A DNA stretch of 64,000 nucleotides from an uncultured Methanobrevibacter sp. (GTDB taxonomy: Archaea > Methanobacteriota > Methanobacteria > Methanobacteriales > Methanobacteriaceae). The stretch spans positions 502-64,501 of the forward strand of contig ONUN01000002.1 of assembly GCA_900320955.1 (NCBI GenBank), in the 5' to 3' direction. Position 1 is the first letter of the stretch; each line of letters starts with the position of its first letter. A model generated the notes under the pieces. That model had not been told where the DNA came from and did not search any database. It was given only the letters and a program-made list of their open reading frames with translations. The translations under genes and the position numbers were made by a program. Positions 51,584-61,135 of this stretch are shown in pieces.

Positions 51584-52051
51584 ATGAAAGCGACAGAATT
51601 ACTTGAAGAAATCAGGCAAAACCTAAAAGATTATCCTATCGAATATCTTAGAAACAAGGTTACAGATGACAGGTACAAAGATCCGCTAACAAAACAGCTC
51701 GCCAAATACAATTCACAGGCATGGGATGAAATTTTTGCGCTAAACATTACTGAAGACTATGAAATAAAAGACGGAGTGATTGAAAACATCAAAAATGACA
51801 TTGACTTTTATTTTGACACCTATGCTGGAGGAGATGAGGAAACCCGAGAGTTTACAAAATACATCTCACTTTATCTGGCGCTTATGGCCAAAAAACCGCT
51901 GCATCCAGTTGGAGACAATCCTGCAAAAGACCAGGTCTTTTTAGAAAACGGAGAATACAAATGCAAAACAAGAATCATGAGCATCAAGGATGAAAACTCC
52001 TTATGCCGTTATTGCATCTGCAAAAATGCAGGCTTTTCATTCGGATTTTAG
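51584..52051 (+). CDS. DUF2115 (UPF0305)-like protein
   Basis: YL…KKPLHPVG…G.Y.C…LCRYCIC. Confidence 0.75.
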   Translation: MKATELLEEIRQNLKDYPIEYLRNKVTDDRYKDPLTKQLAKYNSQAWDEIFALNITEDYEIKDGVIENIKNDIDFYFDTYAGGDEETREFTKYISLYLALMAKKPLHPVGDNPAKDQVFLENGEYKCKTRIMSIKDENSLCRYCICKNAGFSFGF

Positions 52052-52618
52052 ATGGAGAAATTAACGATGGATGACGAATATCTGAAAATGTGCGATGATT
52101 TTCTTGGAATAATTTCAAAACACGAAGACATTACAGGCAATCTTGTTGTTGACATGCTTAAGAAATACGCATCAACGATTTCAGTCTTTGACATGATGTC
52201 TGCCAGCGCAGAGATAATCGAGGAAAACAAGTACGTTCAGGAAAGCTATAGAAAAGACAGTGAAAAGTCATATGTTGAGATTTTCATATTTCGCGTAAAG
52301 GACATAATGACCGATTCAAACGATTATAAAAAAAGCATTGACAAAAAAGACATTACAGATGCCATTGAAACATTAAAGTCCAATTACATCAACGGAACAC
52401 AGGATTCACAAAACAAAACTCCAATTATGGGCTGCATAGCTTCAATCTACACCACATTCATTCTACAAGAACCTATTCATAAGGTTGGAACACCATTTCC
52501 AGGATCCCAAAAAGTCGTAGAGAAAAACGGAAAATTCTATTGCCCCGTCAAAGATTCAAACATAGACACACCTAATGCCGTGTGCAACATATGCCTTGCA
52601 GAGCAATCAGATATATGA
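52052..52618 (+). CDS. DUF2115 (UPF0305) family protein
   Basis: YTTFI..EPIHKVGTPFPG…FYCPVK…C.IC.A. Confidence 0.85.
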   Translation: MEKLTMDDEYLKMCDDFLGIISKHEDITGNLVVDMLKKYASTISVFDMMSASAEIIEENKYVQESYRKDSEKSYVEIFIFRVKDIMTDSNDYKKSIDKKDITDAIETLKSNYINGTQDSQNKTPIMGCIASIYTTFILQEPIHKVGTPFPGSQKVVEKNGKFYCPVKDSNIDTPNAVCNICLAEQSDI

Positions 52619-52733
52619 ATGGCTTGAATCCCCATTGATTTTCAATTTTCCCCAGTTAATATCATGAAGACATCCTAAAGATAATGATTTCAAAGCTGTT
52701 TTAATCTGGAGATATCGCAAAAATCGCCACAGA

Positions 52734-54122
52734 TTATATCTCCACAATCCACAGATAATTGGTTTTTTGCTGCTCACCTAATGGATATCCTCCAGTAACC
52801 ACTATCAAATCCCCTTTATTGAGATTGAATTCATCCTGAGCAATTTTTTTAAGATTATTAACCATATCCGGAGTGCTTTCATAAATTTCCGTCACTACCG
52901 GCTTGACACCAAAGTTCAATACAACCTTTTCTGCAATGTGATTGGAAGGACAGCAGGCTAAAATCATAGTGTCCGGCCTAAAATTACTAATTCTTCTTGC
53001 CGTAAATCCGCTGAAAGTAGGTGCAACTATCAGTTTGATATCGGAGTATTCAACAGCATCTGCAACAAGCTTGGTTATTGTATCGCTAATGCCTATTGTT
53101 CCCCTGTAATCAATATATTTAGTATAGTCTATGGTGGATTCCACATATTTACATATTTTGCTCATTGTTTCAACTGAATTTATCGGATAATCCCCTACAG
53201 TTGTTTCTCCGGATAGCATCACACAATCGGTTCCATCCAATATTGCATTTGCCACATCGGAAACCTCCGCTCTTGTAGGTCTTGGATTTTCACCCATGGA
53301 AGCCAGCATTTCAGTGGCGACAATGGCAAATTTGGCTTTCTGGCGGCATTTTTCAATGATGTTCTTTTGAAGTATAGGTAGCTCTTCCATTGGAACATTG
53401 ACACCCAAATCTCCTCTGGCAACCATAATACCGTCTGATACATCAATTATCTCACCAATATTTTCAATGCCCTTGTGGCTTTCAATCTTTGAAATGATAA
53501 GTGCATCTCCACCGGATTCTTCAATAATTTTTCGAGCTTCGATCACATCTTCCCTTGAATTTACAAAAGACAAAGCCAAATAATCACAGGCATGCTTTGC
53601 TGCAAAGGCAATATCCTTCCTATCGACCTCACTCATAAAATCCAGTTTCAAATCAACACCAGGTACATTGATTGACTTGTGATTCTGAATCTTCCCGTCA
53701 CCCAATGCCTTCAAAACCACATAATCATTTTTCTTGTCAATGACTTCCAACTCAAGAAGGGCATTGTCTATAAGTACCTTGTCGCCCACGCTTATCAGAT
53801 CAATCGCATCACTGTGATTAACTCCAAACTCTTCCCTATTTCCCCTTATGCATGTTTTGCTCATTTTAATGGTATCGCCTTTATGAAGCATCACCCCATC
53901 AGAGGAGAATTCCAATGTTCTGAATTCTGGCCCCTTGGTATCATACATTACAGCAATTGGAACGCCGGACTCTTCACGCACATCCCTTATAACATCCAAT
54001 GTTTTTAAAATGCTTTCTGTTGTAGCATGACTGAGATTGATACGTGCACAATCCATACCGCTTTTTGCCATTTCACTCATGACCTCAAATGAATCTGATA
54101 AACTGTTCAAAAATAAAAACAT
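52734..54122 (-). CDS. pyk: Pyruvate kinase (atypical N-terminus)
   Basis: ARINLSH, DTKGPEFR, SKIE, MVARGDLG, PTRAEVSDVANA, VMLSGET. Confidence 0.93.
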   Translation of the reverse strand: MFLFLNSLSDSFEVMSEMAKSGMDCARINLSHATTESILKTLDVIRDVREESGVPIAVMYDTKGPEFRTLEFSSDGVMLHKGDTIKMSKTCIRGNREEFGVNHSDAIDLISVGDKVLIDNALLELEVIDKKNDYVVLKALGDGKIQNHKSINVPGVDLKLDFMSEVDRKDIAFAAKHACDYLALSFVNSREDVIEARKIIEESGGDALIISKIESHKGIENIGEIIDVSDGIMVARGDLGVNVPMEELPILQKNIIEKCRQKAKFAIVATEMLASMGENPRPTRAEVSDVANAILDGTDCVMLSGETTVGDYPINSVETMSKICKYVESTIDYTKYIDYRGTIGISDTITKLVADAVEYSDIKLIVAPTFSGFTARRISNFRPDTMILACCPSNHIAEKVVLNFGVKPVVTEIYESTPDMVNNLKKIAQDEFNLNKGDLIVVTGGYPLGEQQKTNYLWIVEI

Positions 54123-54250
54123 TACTATATAAATATATGTTCATAAGTATAAAAATAAATAGCTATTCAAAAAATTATTTTTACAATTTGAAAACCAATA
54201 ATAGTGTTAAAAAAAAAGTGAATAAAAAGAAAATATGAAGAAAAAATTAC

Positions 54251-55498
54251 CTAATCTTCAAAATCCTTTTTGATAATCTTGTTTTCCCATGTTGTGAGCT
54301 TATATCCGTTTTTGACATGCTCAATATTTTCAATAGGCACGAGAGGTATCTTACCAAGTCCTCCAGGTGAATTATATACGTATGTAGGTTTACACATACC
54401 GCTTGTTCTTCCTTCCAAATGCTTCATGATTTCCAATCCTTTTGAAATGTCAACCTGGAAGTGATTTGTGCTTTTAACATCTTTTGGATGGAACAGATAA
54501 TATGGAATTACACGATATTTCTGCAGTTCCTCATTGGCTTTTTGGATGCAGTACTTATCATCGTTTACATTATGCAGCAACACCATCTGATTTCTCACAA
54601 GCACTCCATTGTCAACCAGCATATCAACAGCCCTGACAGCCTGAGGAGTAATTTCACATGCGTGATTGAAATGTGTAGATAACTGAACCCTATATTTTCT
54701 AAGTAAAACTGCCAAATCATTATCAATTCTGAAAGGAAGAGTTACAAGAGTTCTTGTACCTACCCTTATTACATCAACATGGCTTATTTGGGACAGTTTT
54801 TCAAATATATTTTCCAGCTGACTGTTGGACAGCATTAACGCATCTCCGCCTGTAACCAACACTTCCCTGATTGTCTCATGGTCAGCTATAAATTCTATTG
54901 ATTCGTCAATGTATTCTTTGGAAGTGTGCTTATCGAAGTTGCCTATCAGTCTGCGGCGTTGACAGTGCCGGCAGTACATCGGACATGCGTTAGTAACATT
55001 AATGATTAGCTTATTTGGATATCTTCTTGTGATTCTTCCGGAAGGATTGGACTGTTCCTCGCACATCGGGTCCAAATGTCCTGATTCATCCAATTCATTT
55101 ATGCTTGGAATGGATTGTAATTTTATAGGACAGTTAGGATTGGAAAAGTCGATTAATGAAAAGTAATATGGTGTAATTGCAAACCTGTGTTTTTCACTGA
55201 CTTGACTGATTTCATCATATTCCTTTTTTGAAAGGTCAGTGTACTTCAAAATTTCATCGACATCACCAATACGGTTTTTCATTTGCCATTTAGGATTCTC
55301 CCAATCTTCCTGTGATGCATTTAATTCGTTTAATATCTTATTTTTATTATTTTCATATAATATTTTTGAAGATTCACTGAAACCAATTCTAACTTTTGAT
55401 TTGTGTTTATTATCATCAATAGCGATTTTATCGAGTTCATTGGACCGAATTAATGATTTTTTTCTATTGATGTCTATAATATCATGCCTCATTTTCAT
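54251..55498 (-). CDS. eam: Glutamate 2,3-aminomutase-type radical SAM/PLP enzyme (KamA family)
   Basis: CPMYCRHCQRRR, ITRRYP, TGGDAL, THFNH, PLP lysine in PGGLGK; K and N at the two positions where lysine aminomutase has D. Confidence 0.8.
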   Translation of the reverse strand: MKMRHDIIDINRKKSLIRSNELDKIAIDDNKHKSKVRIGFSESSKILYENNKNKILNELNASQEDWENPKWQMKNRIGDVDEILKYTDLSKKEYDEISQVSEKHRFAITPYYFSLIDFSNPNCPIKLQSIPSINELDESGHLDPMCEEQSNPSGRITRRYPNKLIINVTNACPMYCRHCQRRRLIGNFDKHTSKEYIDESIEFIADHETIREVLVTGGDALMLSNSQLENIFEKLSQISHVDVIRVGTRTLVTLPFRIDNDLAVLLRKYRVQLSTHFNHACEITPQAVRAVDMLVDNGVLVRNQMVLLHNVNDDKYCIQKANEELQKYRVIPYYLFHPKDVKSTNHFQVDISKGLEIMKHLEGRTSGMCKPTYVYNSPGGLGKIPLVPIENIEHVKNGYKLTTWENKIIKKDFED

Positions 55499-55594
55499 AT
55501 AGTTTTTTATAATTCCAATAATACTTTTGTTAACACTAAATATAATGATTTTGATTATAACGATAAATTTTATGTATGCATGCTGAAATATCTC

Positions 55595-55635
55595 AAAAAA
55601 AATGTCCTGCCATCAGGGCAGCATCATCAAAGACA
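55595..55635 (-). terminator. GC hairpin followed by T8, downstream of the wHTH gene
   Basis: CTGCC-CTGAT-GGCAG stem with an outer TGTC/GACA stem, then poly-T on the minus strand. Confidence 0.5.
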
Positions 55636-55649
55636 ATTTCCGAAATGTG

Positions 55650-55910
55650 TTATTCTAAATTATCAACTATCTCATCGCCCAAATCAGTTAAGCGATACAA
55701 TCTACCTTTTCTAGCTTCTTCATTTAGACATTCAACTGCACCGACGTCCTTTAATTCACTTAAAACTTTTGATATATGATTAGGAACAATATCACAGTCC
55801 TTAGCTATTACGGTTGGTATTTTAACATCATCCTTTAATGTTTTCATTACCTTTACACGGTAAGAGCTAATATTAACATAAGCAAATTTTTTTAAGGTTT
55901 CATCATCTAT
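55650..55910 (-). CDS. Winged-helix regulator paralog with ATA at the expected start
   Basis: DDETLK…SSYR…PT.IA…NHISKVL.ELK…GRLYRLT. AGGAG SD 8 nt upstream of ATA 55910. Confidence 0.75.
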   Translation of the reverse strand: MDDETLKKFAYVNISSYRVKVMKTLKDDVKIPTVIAKDCDIVPNHISKVLSELKDVGAVECLNEEARKGRLYRLTDLGDEIVDNLE

Positions 55911-56091
55911 AATAACATCTCCTAAAATAATATAATCAATTAAACTATTTAAGTTTATCCACACAGGATATTAAATGACGATTATTGTTTTTTACATGAA
56001 AAAAGATTATACCATTAAAAAATGTGCAAATAAATGATTTTTTAATTATTGTTTTTTACATCAAATATCATTTGAGCATAATGAATTCAAC

Positions 56092-56355
56092 TCAATCTTT
56101 CAAATTATCTGCAATTTCATCGCCCAAAGAGGTCAGCCTGTATAGTCTTCCACGTTTTGCTTCTTCATTAACGCATTCAACAACACCATTCTCTTTAAGA
56201 TCCCTTAAAACATTTGACATATGATTTCTTCTAATGCCAGTGTCATTTGATATTTCAGTTGGAGTCTTGACTTCATCCTTAAGTGATTGAACAGTCTTAT
56301 GCCTATAAGAGGATATATGAACCTTTGCAAATATCTTTAATGTCTCATCATCCAT
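56092..56355 (-). CDS. Winged-helix regulator paralog
   Basis: MDDETLK…GRLYRLTSLG; same family as 4300-4554. Confidence 0.85.
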   Translation of the reverse strand: MDDETLKIFAKVHISSYRHKTVQSLKDEVKTPTEISNDTGIRRNHMSNVLRDLKENGVVECVNEEAKRGRLYRLTSLGDEIADNLKD

Positions 56356-56427
56356 ATTAACACACCAGATTGTATAAATAATAATAGTTGTTAATTATTA
56401 ATAAATATTTTGTTATTAACTTGTTAG

Positions 56428-57420
56428 TTATTCTGCAGTGAAAATATTTTGGATTTGTGAGAAGACATCCCTTTCAAAACTGCTGTCCTGATTCAAATTA
56501 TCCAAAGCCGTTATCCTTCCTTCAATTGCTGATTTGAAACTTGAATCCAATTTAAAGTGATTATACAAAAATAAGTCGAATGCATCCAATGCATCCCCAT
56601 ACAGTTCTATTTCATTGAATATCAGTGCCTTTTTAAGCAAGTATTTTTTGTCGATTCCAACGGCCTTCTTTAGACTGTCAGCACAGTCCTTGCCTAAAGA
56701 ATGCCTGCACCAGCCAATACCGAAATATGCCAGACCATTATCCAAAGCATGATTGGATGCCTCAAAGCTTTCTAAAGCATCATCAATCCGATTGAGCCGA
56801 ACTAAAATCAAAGCCTTCTTGTTCAATAGTTTATAGAGAATTTTATTCTTAAAGCGTGACGGGTTAACCAGCGCCTTATCGTAAAAATCCAATGCCTTTT
56901 CAAATTCCCCTTTTGCTGCAGATTCGTCTCCCGCATAGATATTTCTCTTAATTTTTGGAAAATTATCCCTTTCCTCGGATGATTTTTTTAAAAGCAGCTT
57001 ATGATATTCAATATCCTTTGGACAACCAGATTGAATTGCCCTTTTGTAAAAGCGAAGGGACTTTACAAAGTGACCCTGATTAAACAGGGCATGTGACTTG
57101 TTAATCAAAGCCTCAGAATAATCTTCATCGAAAAATATTGCCTCATCAAAACATTCAATAGCTTTGCCATATTTTTGAAGGTTTAAAAGTTCAATTCCCC
57201 TGTCCAATGTGTTTTTAACTTCTATTTCACGAGTCAAATGCAATGTTTTATAGAAAGGATTTATATTTTCATCACAAATCCTATTAATGAATAAGTCATC
57301 CCTACAAATCCAGTTTGTAGATACACCGTCAATGGCTATTTTAATCAAATCGTCTTTTTTGTCAATTTCAAGTTCCAGGGGAAGTTTTTCAATGTCCATC
57401 ATATTACTTTGGGACGCCAT
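56428..57420 (-). CDS. TPR repeat protein
   Basis: Several TPRs (RGIELLNLQKYGKAIECFDEAI; KALILVRLNRIDDALESF). Confidence 0.85.
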   Translation of the reverse strand: MASQSNMMDIEKLPLELEIDKKDDLIKIAIDGVSTNWICRDDLFINRICDENINPFYKTLHLTREIEVKNTLDRGIELLNLQKYGKAIECFDEAIFFDEDYSEALINKSHALFNQGHFVKSLRFYKRAIQSGCPKDIEYHKLLLKKSSEERDNFPKIKRNIYAGDESAAKGEFEKALDFYDKALVNPSRFKNKILYKLLNKKALILVRLNRIDDALESFEASNHALDNGLAYFGIGWCRHSLGKDCADSLKKAVGIDKKYLLKKALIFNEIELYGDALDAFDLFLYNHFKLDSSFKSAIEGRITALDNLNQDSSFERDVFSQIQNIFTAE

Positions 57421-57432
57421 AAAATAAATATT

Positions 57433-60400
57433 TTAGCCAAAATCACTTTCAAACATGCAGGTGATTCCATTGAATTCACAGTTTTTGCAGTTGATTTCAT
57501 GAATAGGATAGTCATCCCTTTCAATATGGCTTACAATGCCTGAGAGATACTCAAAAATAAATTTATTGGACTTGTCAAATGATATTTCATACTGCTTGTT
57601 TTCGTCAAGGACATGGAGGACCAATGAACTTATCTCAAAGTCATCGTTTTCAAGCAGTGCATATGCATAGTAAGATAAAATTTCCATGTAAAAATAATGA
57701 TAGTTGCGGATATCATCGCGAGAGCGAATGAAATGAATCAGATTTACACCACCATCATTTTCCTTAACGATTAAATCAATTATTCCATTGACATCATACC
57801 CGTCAATTTCAAGAGAGACAGGATAGCTGTAGTCAACAATATCATAATCTTTTCCATAATCAAGCCAATAATCAGCAATATGATCAAACAGCTCCCTAAG
57901 CTGCTTTTTCATTGACTCTGATGCAAAGCTATATGACTTTACGACTTCACTCACAAGATTATGAATATCTTCACGAGTCCAATCCTTTTGAAGCTTAGGA
58001 TTATGAATCGTGTTGAGAAGAACCTTAAGTTTGGAATTTATGAATTTGTTGATGTTTTTAGGGTTCTGATAGCACAGATTGTTTTCAAGATTGTACTTCA
58101 AAGGGCAATAGAGATAGTCTTCCAGAATGTCTTCAAATTCCACCTGCCTGAACAGGTTCGATTCCCTATGCATATGTGAAGTTACTTTCTTGAGTTTATC
58201 AACATCATCAGGCTCGATTCGCGGAATTTTACCAAAATCATCTTCAAATCTTTTCAAGACGCTCGGAAGGGGAAAATTTACTCTTGACTGAACGGCAGAT
58301 AATATCAAAAGCTCTTCTGCACGGGTGTTTGCAACATAAACAATACGCTCTTCCTCATGATTCAGTGCCTTGATTTCATCCTCTTCAGACATCTTATATT
58401 TCAAAAACCTGTTTGGAGTCGGATATCTTGGACGTTCAAAATCATCCTTTCTGTTATTTCTAAATACGATAGGAAACTTGTTTTCCTTAAGTGAAGCAGT
58501 AATGACTACCGGATATTCAAGACCTTTAGCCTTGTGAACAGTCATAATGTGAACCTTTTGGGAATTGTCCTCATATTCATTGATCGGACAGCTGTAATAC
58601 TTTAAAGAGCGATGAAGATAATTGAAAAGACCAATTACATCATGCTTTCCCATAATGTTTTCATAATCAGATATTATTCCTGAAATCAATGCAAGGTTGA
58701 GGGATGCCTTTCTTGCCTCGAAATCATTTCGTGAGGACAGCTCCTCAAGATATCCTGCAGCATTCAGCAGCTTGTAGAAAACCTGAAGGGAGGTGGGTTT
58801 CTTGGAAAGTTCAATATCATTGTCAAACAATTCCCTTTTAAGCTCATTCAAACTTGCAAAAAAATCCAAATCATGCTCATCAACTATTCCAATGCTTCTA
58901 AGTTCATCCCGACTTAAAAGAGATATGTCAACCTTATTTGTCTTCTGGAAGATATCCTCCAAAACGTTATCAGAATAATCACGCACAACATCCATAAAAG
59001 ATTTGGACTGCTTGTTTTCAACCAGAGGCTCGTATTTGCCGGTGTAGTTTACGACATTCTGATGATACTTGAACTCTATTTCCTCCAGGACCTGTATTGT
59101 CCTGTAATCAAGGTTGAAAATCTTTGAAGAATTATAATATCTGTCTGTAAATGAAAGCAGATTAATCCAATGGCCTCCATCACCATATCTTGCAATCAAA
59201 GTTGGATTGAAAGGCAATATATACCAGAAAAGTGCCAAAACGGCTTTAACCTCATCCTGATATATCAAATCATCAATACCCTTAAGATAATATGGAATGC
59301 CTTCACGGTCAAATACGTCAAGAATTTCCTTTTTGTCCCTGTGGGATCTGAAGAGAACCGCAACATCACTCAGCTTTTCTATTTTTCCACTGGCCAGGAG
59401 ATTTTTGATAATGAAAGCTATTGACCTGTATTCCTCAAGGTCATCTCTGCTTTCAATCAAATAAACCGGCATTTTATGAGAATTGCTTGCCTTAAGATTT
59501 TTTTGAGTTTGTCTTTTTGATTCAATGTATTTTTCATTGAATTCAACAATGTCTGAGCTTGAACGATAGTTATTTACAAGAATCTTGTTTTCAAACTCAT
59601 CGGAGTTTGCATAATCGGTGAAAAACTTAGGGTTTGCACCTCTGAACGAGTATATGCTCTGGTCCGCATCGCCAACGACTGTAAATGTATCCGCAATGCT
59701 TTGAAGCTTTTCAAATATCTGCATCTGAATGGCATCTGTATCCTGAAACTCATCAATCAAAATGTTTTTGTATTCCACACGGGAAAGATTATCTGGATTG
59801 GACAAAAGTTCCAGGGTTTTGATGAGAAGATAGTTCTGGTCACAAACGTGTTCCCTTTCCATAAGGTCAATCCAATTCGGATATGACTCTACAATCTGGC
59901 GAAATCGAGCATTATATAAATCCTCATCGAAATCATTGTACTTTATTTCCTTTTTGGATGGATACTGGTTATTTGAATCATAATATTGGCAAATCCATTC
60001 CCTGTACTCATCAGACACCCTGAAGTTTTCCCTGACATAATCAAGAAGTGATTGAGTGTCAACTTCAAAAAGTGCATACTCCTCATATTTTTTAAGGGCA
60101 TGTGACGATTCATAGCTTCTTAAAAATGCCTCGCCAGTGAATCCAAGCTCTTCCTTGTGCTTGTTGAAAAACAGGTTCCTTTCAGAATCCCTCTTAAGCA
60201 GATTATATGGAATTTCAGAAAAATCAGACAATACTGACCTACAATAGCTGTGAATTGTACTTATTCTCATCTGGTTTATGACGTTCAAGTCAAGTTTGGT
60301 GTCTTTTTTGAAACGCTCCTTGAGTTCATCTGCAGCCTTGTTTGTAAATGTAATGACAAGAATGGAAGACGGATCGGCAGTCTTGAGAAGATGAAGGACT

Positions 60401-61134
60401 CTTTCAATGATTACGCTTGTTTTTCCAGCTCCAGGACCCGCATTAATGACCAATGGCTTATCTTCATCATACTCAATTGCACTGATTTGATAATCATCCA
60501 TTTCCATTTCAGGAGGAATTTCCTTTACAAAACAGTAGTCATACTTTGTCTGAGCTTCAAAATTGAATTTTCGGGTTAAGGCATTGCCTTCACTGTCAAC
60601 CAAATCCAAAGTCAAAATATAATCCTGAATGAACTTGTTGAGATTGTTTCTGATTATCTCCAAAGCCACCCTTCGCTCTTCTATAGGCATGTCTTCGGTA
60701 AACATCAAATCGCTGCCGTCCCTGCCCAGGACATTTGATGAAATGGAATCGACTTTAAGATTGTTTAGCATCAGGAAAAGCTCATCATTTGTTAGTCTGA
60801 CATCCTTTGGAATATAGTTCAGGTCAAAGTCATAGTTGACCTCCAAAAACTCTTCACGAGGATTGAAGTAATTATCATAGATAATCTCAAAAATCTGTTT
60901 ATAGACTCCCTTAACATCATTGATTGTATAATGAACGGACCGGTCATTGAATACGTCTATTGTGAAAACCAGTTCCTGTGAGGTTTTCTGGCAGAACAAA
61001 TCAAGGATAACCTTGGCCGTTGCAATGGCAAGTGTGTAGTTTTCAAGGACAATTAACTTTTCCATGACCGTGCACAAGTCATAGAGATCCTTGAATTTTG
61101 TTTCAAGAAAAGAAAAAACGCTGTTTACCCTCAT
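57433..61134 (-). CDS. UvrD/REP SF1 helicase with C-terminal PD-(D/E)XK-like domain
   Basis: AGPGAGKT, TFTNKAA, STIHS, DEFQD, GDADQSIYSFRGA, NYRS, TVHKAKGLEY, EEERIVYVA.TRA; C-terminal YCP…GIIDL…CxxC-x5-C. Confidence 0.92.
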   Translation of the reverse strand: MRVNSVFSFLETKFKDLYDLCTVMEKLIVLENYTLAIATAKVILDLFCQKTSQELVFTIDVFNDRSVHYTINDVKGVYKQIFEIIYDNYFNPREEFLEVNYDFDLNYIPKDVRLTNDELFLMLNNLKVDSISSNVLGRDGSDLMFTEDMPIEERRVALEIIRNNLNKFIQDYILTLDLVDSEGNALTRKFNFEAQTKYDYCFVKEIPPEMEMDDYQISAIEYDEDKPLVINAGPGAGKTSVIIERVLHLLKTADPSSILVITFTNKAADELKERFKKDTKLDLNVINQMRISTIHSYCRSVLSDFSEIPYNLLKRDSERNLFFNKHKEELGFTGEAFLRSYESSHALKKYEEYALFEVDTQSLLDYVRENFRVSDEYREWICQYYDSNNQYPSKKEIKYNDFDEDLYNARFRQIVESYPNWIDLMEREHVCDQNYLLIKTLELLSNPDNLSRVEYKNILIDEFQDTDAIQMQIFEKLQSIADTFTVVGDADQSIYSFRGANPKFFTDYANSDEFENKILVNNYRSSSDIVEFNEKYIESKRQTQKNLKASNSHKMPVYLIESRDDLEEYRSIAFIIKNLLASGKIEKLSDVAVLFRSHRDKKEILDVFDREGIPYYLKGIDDLIYQDEVKAVLALFWYILPFNPTLIARYGDGGHWINLLSFTDRYYNSSKIFNLDYRTIQVLEEIEFKYHQNVVNYTGKYEPLVENKQSKSFMDVVRDYSDNVLEDIFQKTNKVDISLLSRDELRSIGIVDEHDLDFFASLNELKRELFDNDIELSKKPTSLQVFYKLLNAAGYLEELSSRNDFEARKASLNLALISGIISDYENIMGKHDVIGLFNYLHRSLKYYSCPINEYEDNSQKVHIMTVHKAKGLEYPVVITASLKENKFPIVFRNNRKDDFERPRYPTPNRFLKYKMSEEDEIKALNHEEERIVYVANTRAEELLILSAVQSRVNFPLPSVLKRFEDDFGKIPRIEPDDVDKLKKVTSHMHRESNLFRQVEFEDILEDYLYCPLKYNLENNLCYQNPKNINKFINSKLKVLLNTIHNPKLQKDWTREDIHNLVSEVVKSYSFASESMKKQLRELFDHIADYWLDYGKDYDIVDYSYPVSLEIDGYDVNGIIDLIVKENDGGVNLIHFIRSRDDIRNYHYFYMEILSYYAYALLENDDFEISSLVLHVLDENKQYEISFDKSNKFIFEYLSGIVSHIERDDYPIHEINCKNCEFNGITCMFESDFG

Positions 61135-61135
61135 T

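Noticed and set aside
52049-52054. Amber read-through (pyrrolysine) fusing the DUF2115 genes; similar in-frame junctions at 17835/17836 and 45748/45749
   Set aside because: No pyl genes are in the window and Methanobacteriales are not known to use pyrrolysine. A start codon follows each stop, so translational coupling explains the junctions.
54251-55498. Lysine 2,3-aminomutase (kamA/ablA) or EF-P modification enzyme EpmB
   Set aside because: The substrate-site residues are K and N rather than D and D, the motif is CRHCQRRR, and no ablB or efp/epmA is adjacent.
55603-55635. Box C/D sRNA (TGATGA and CTGA on the minus strand)
   Set aside because: The boxes are too close for a guide region. A hairpin plus T-run just after a gene fits a terminator better.
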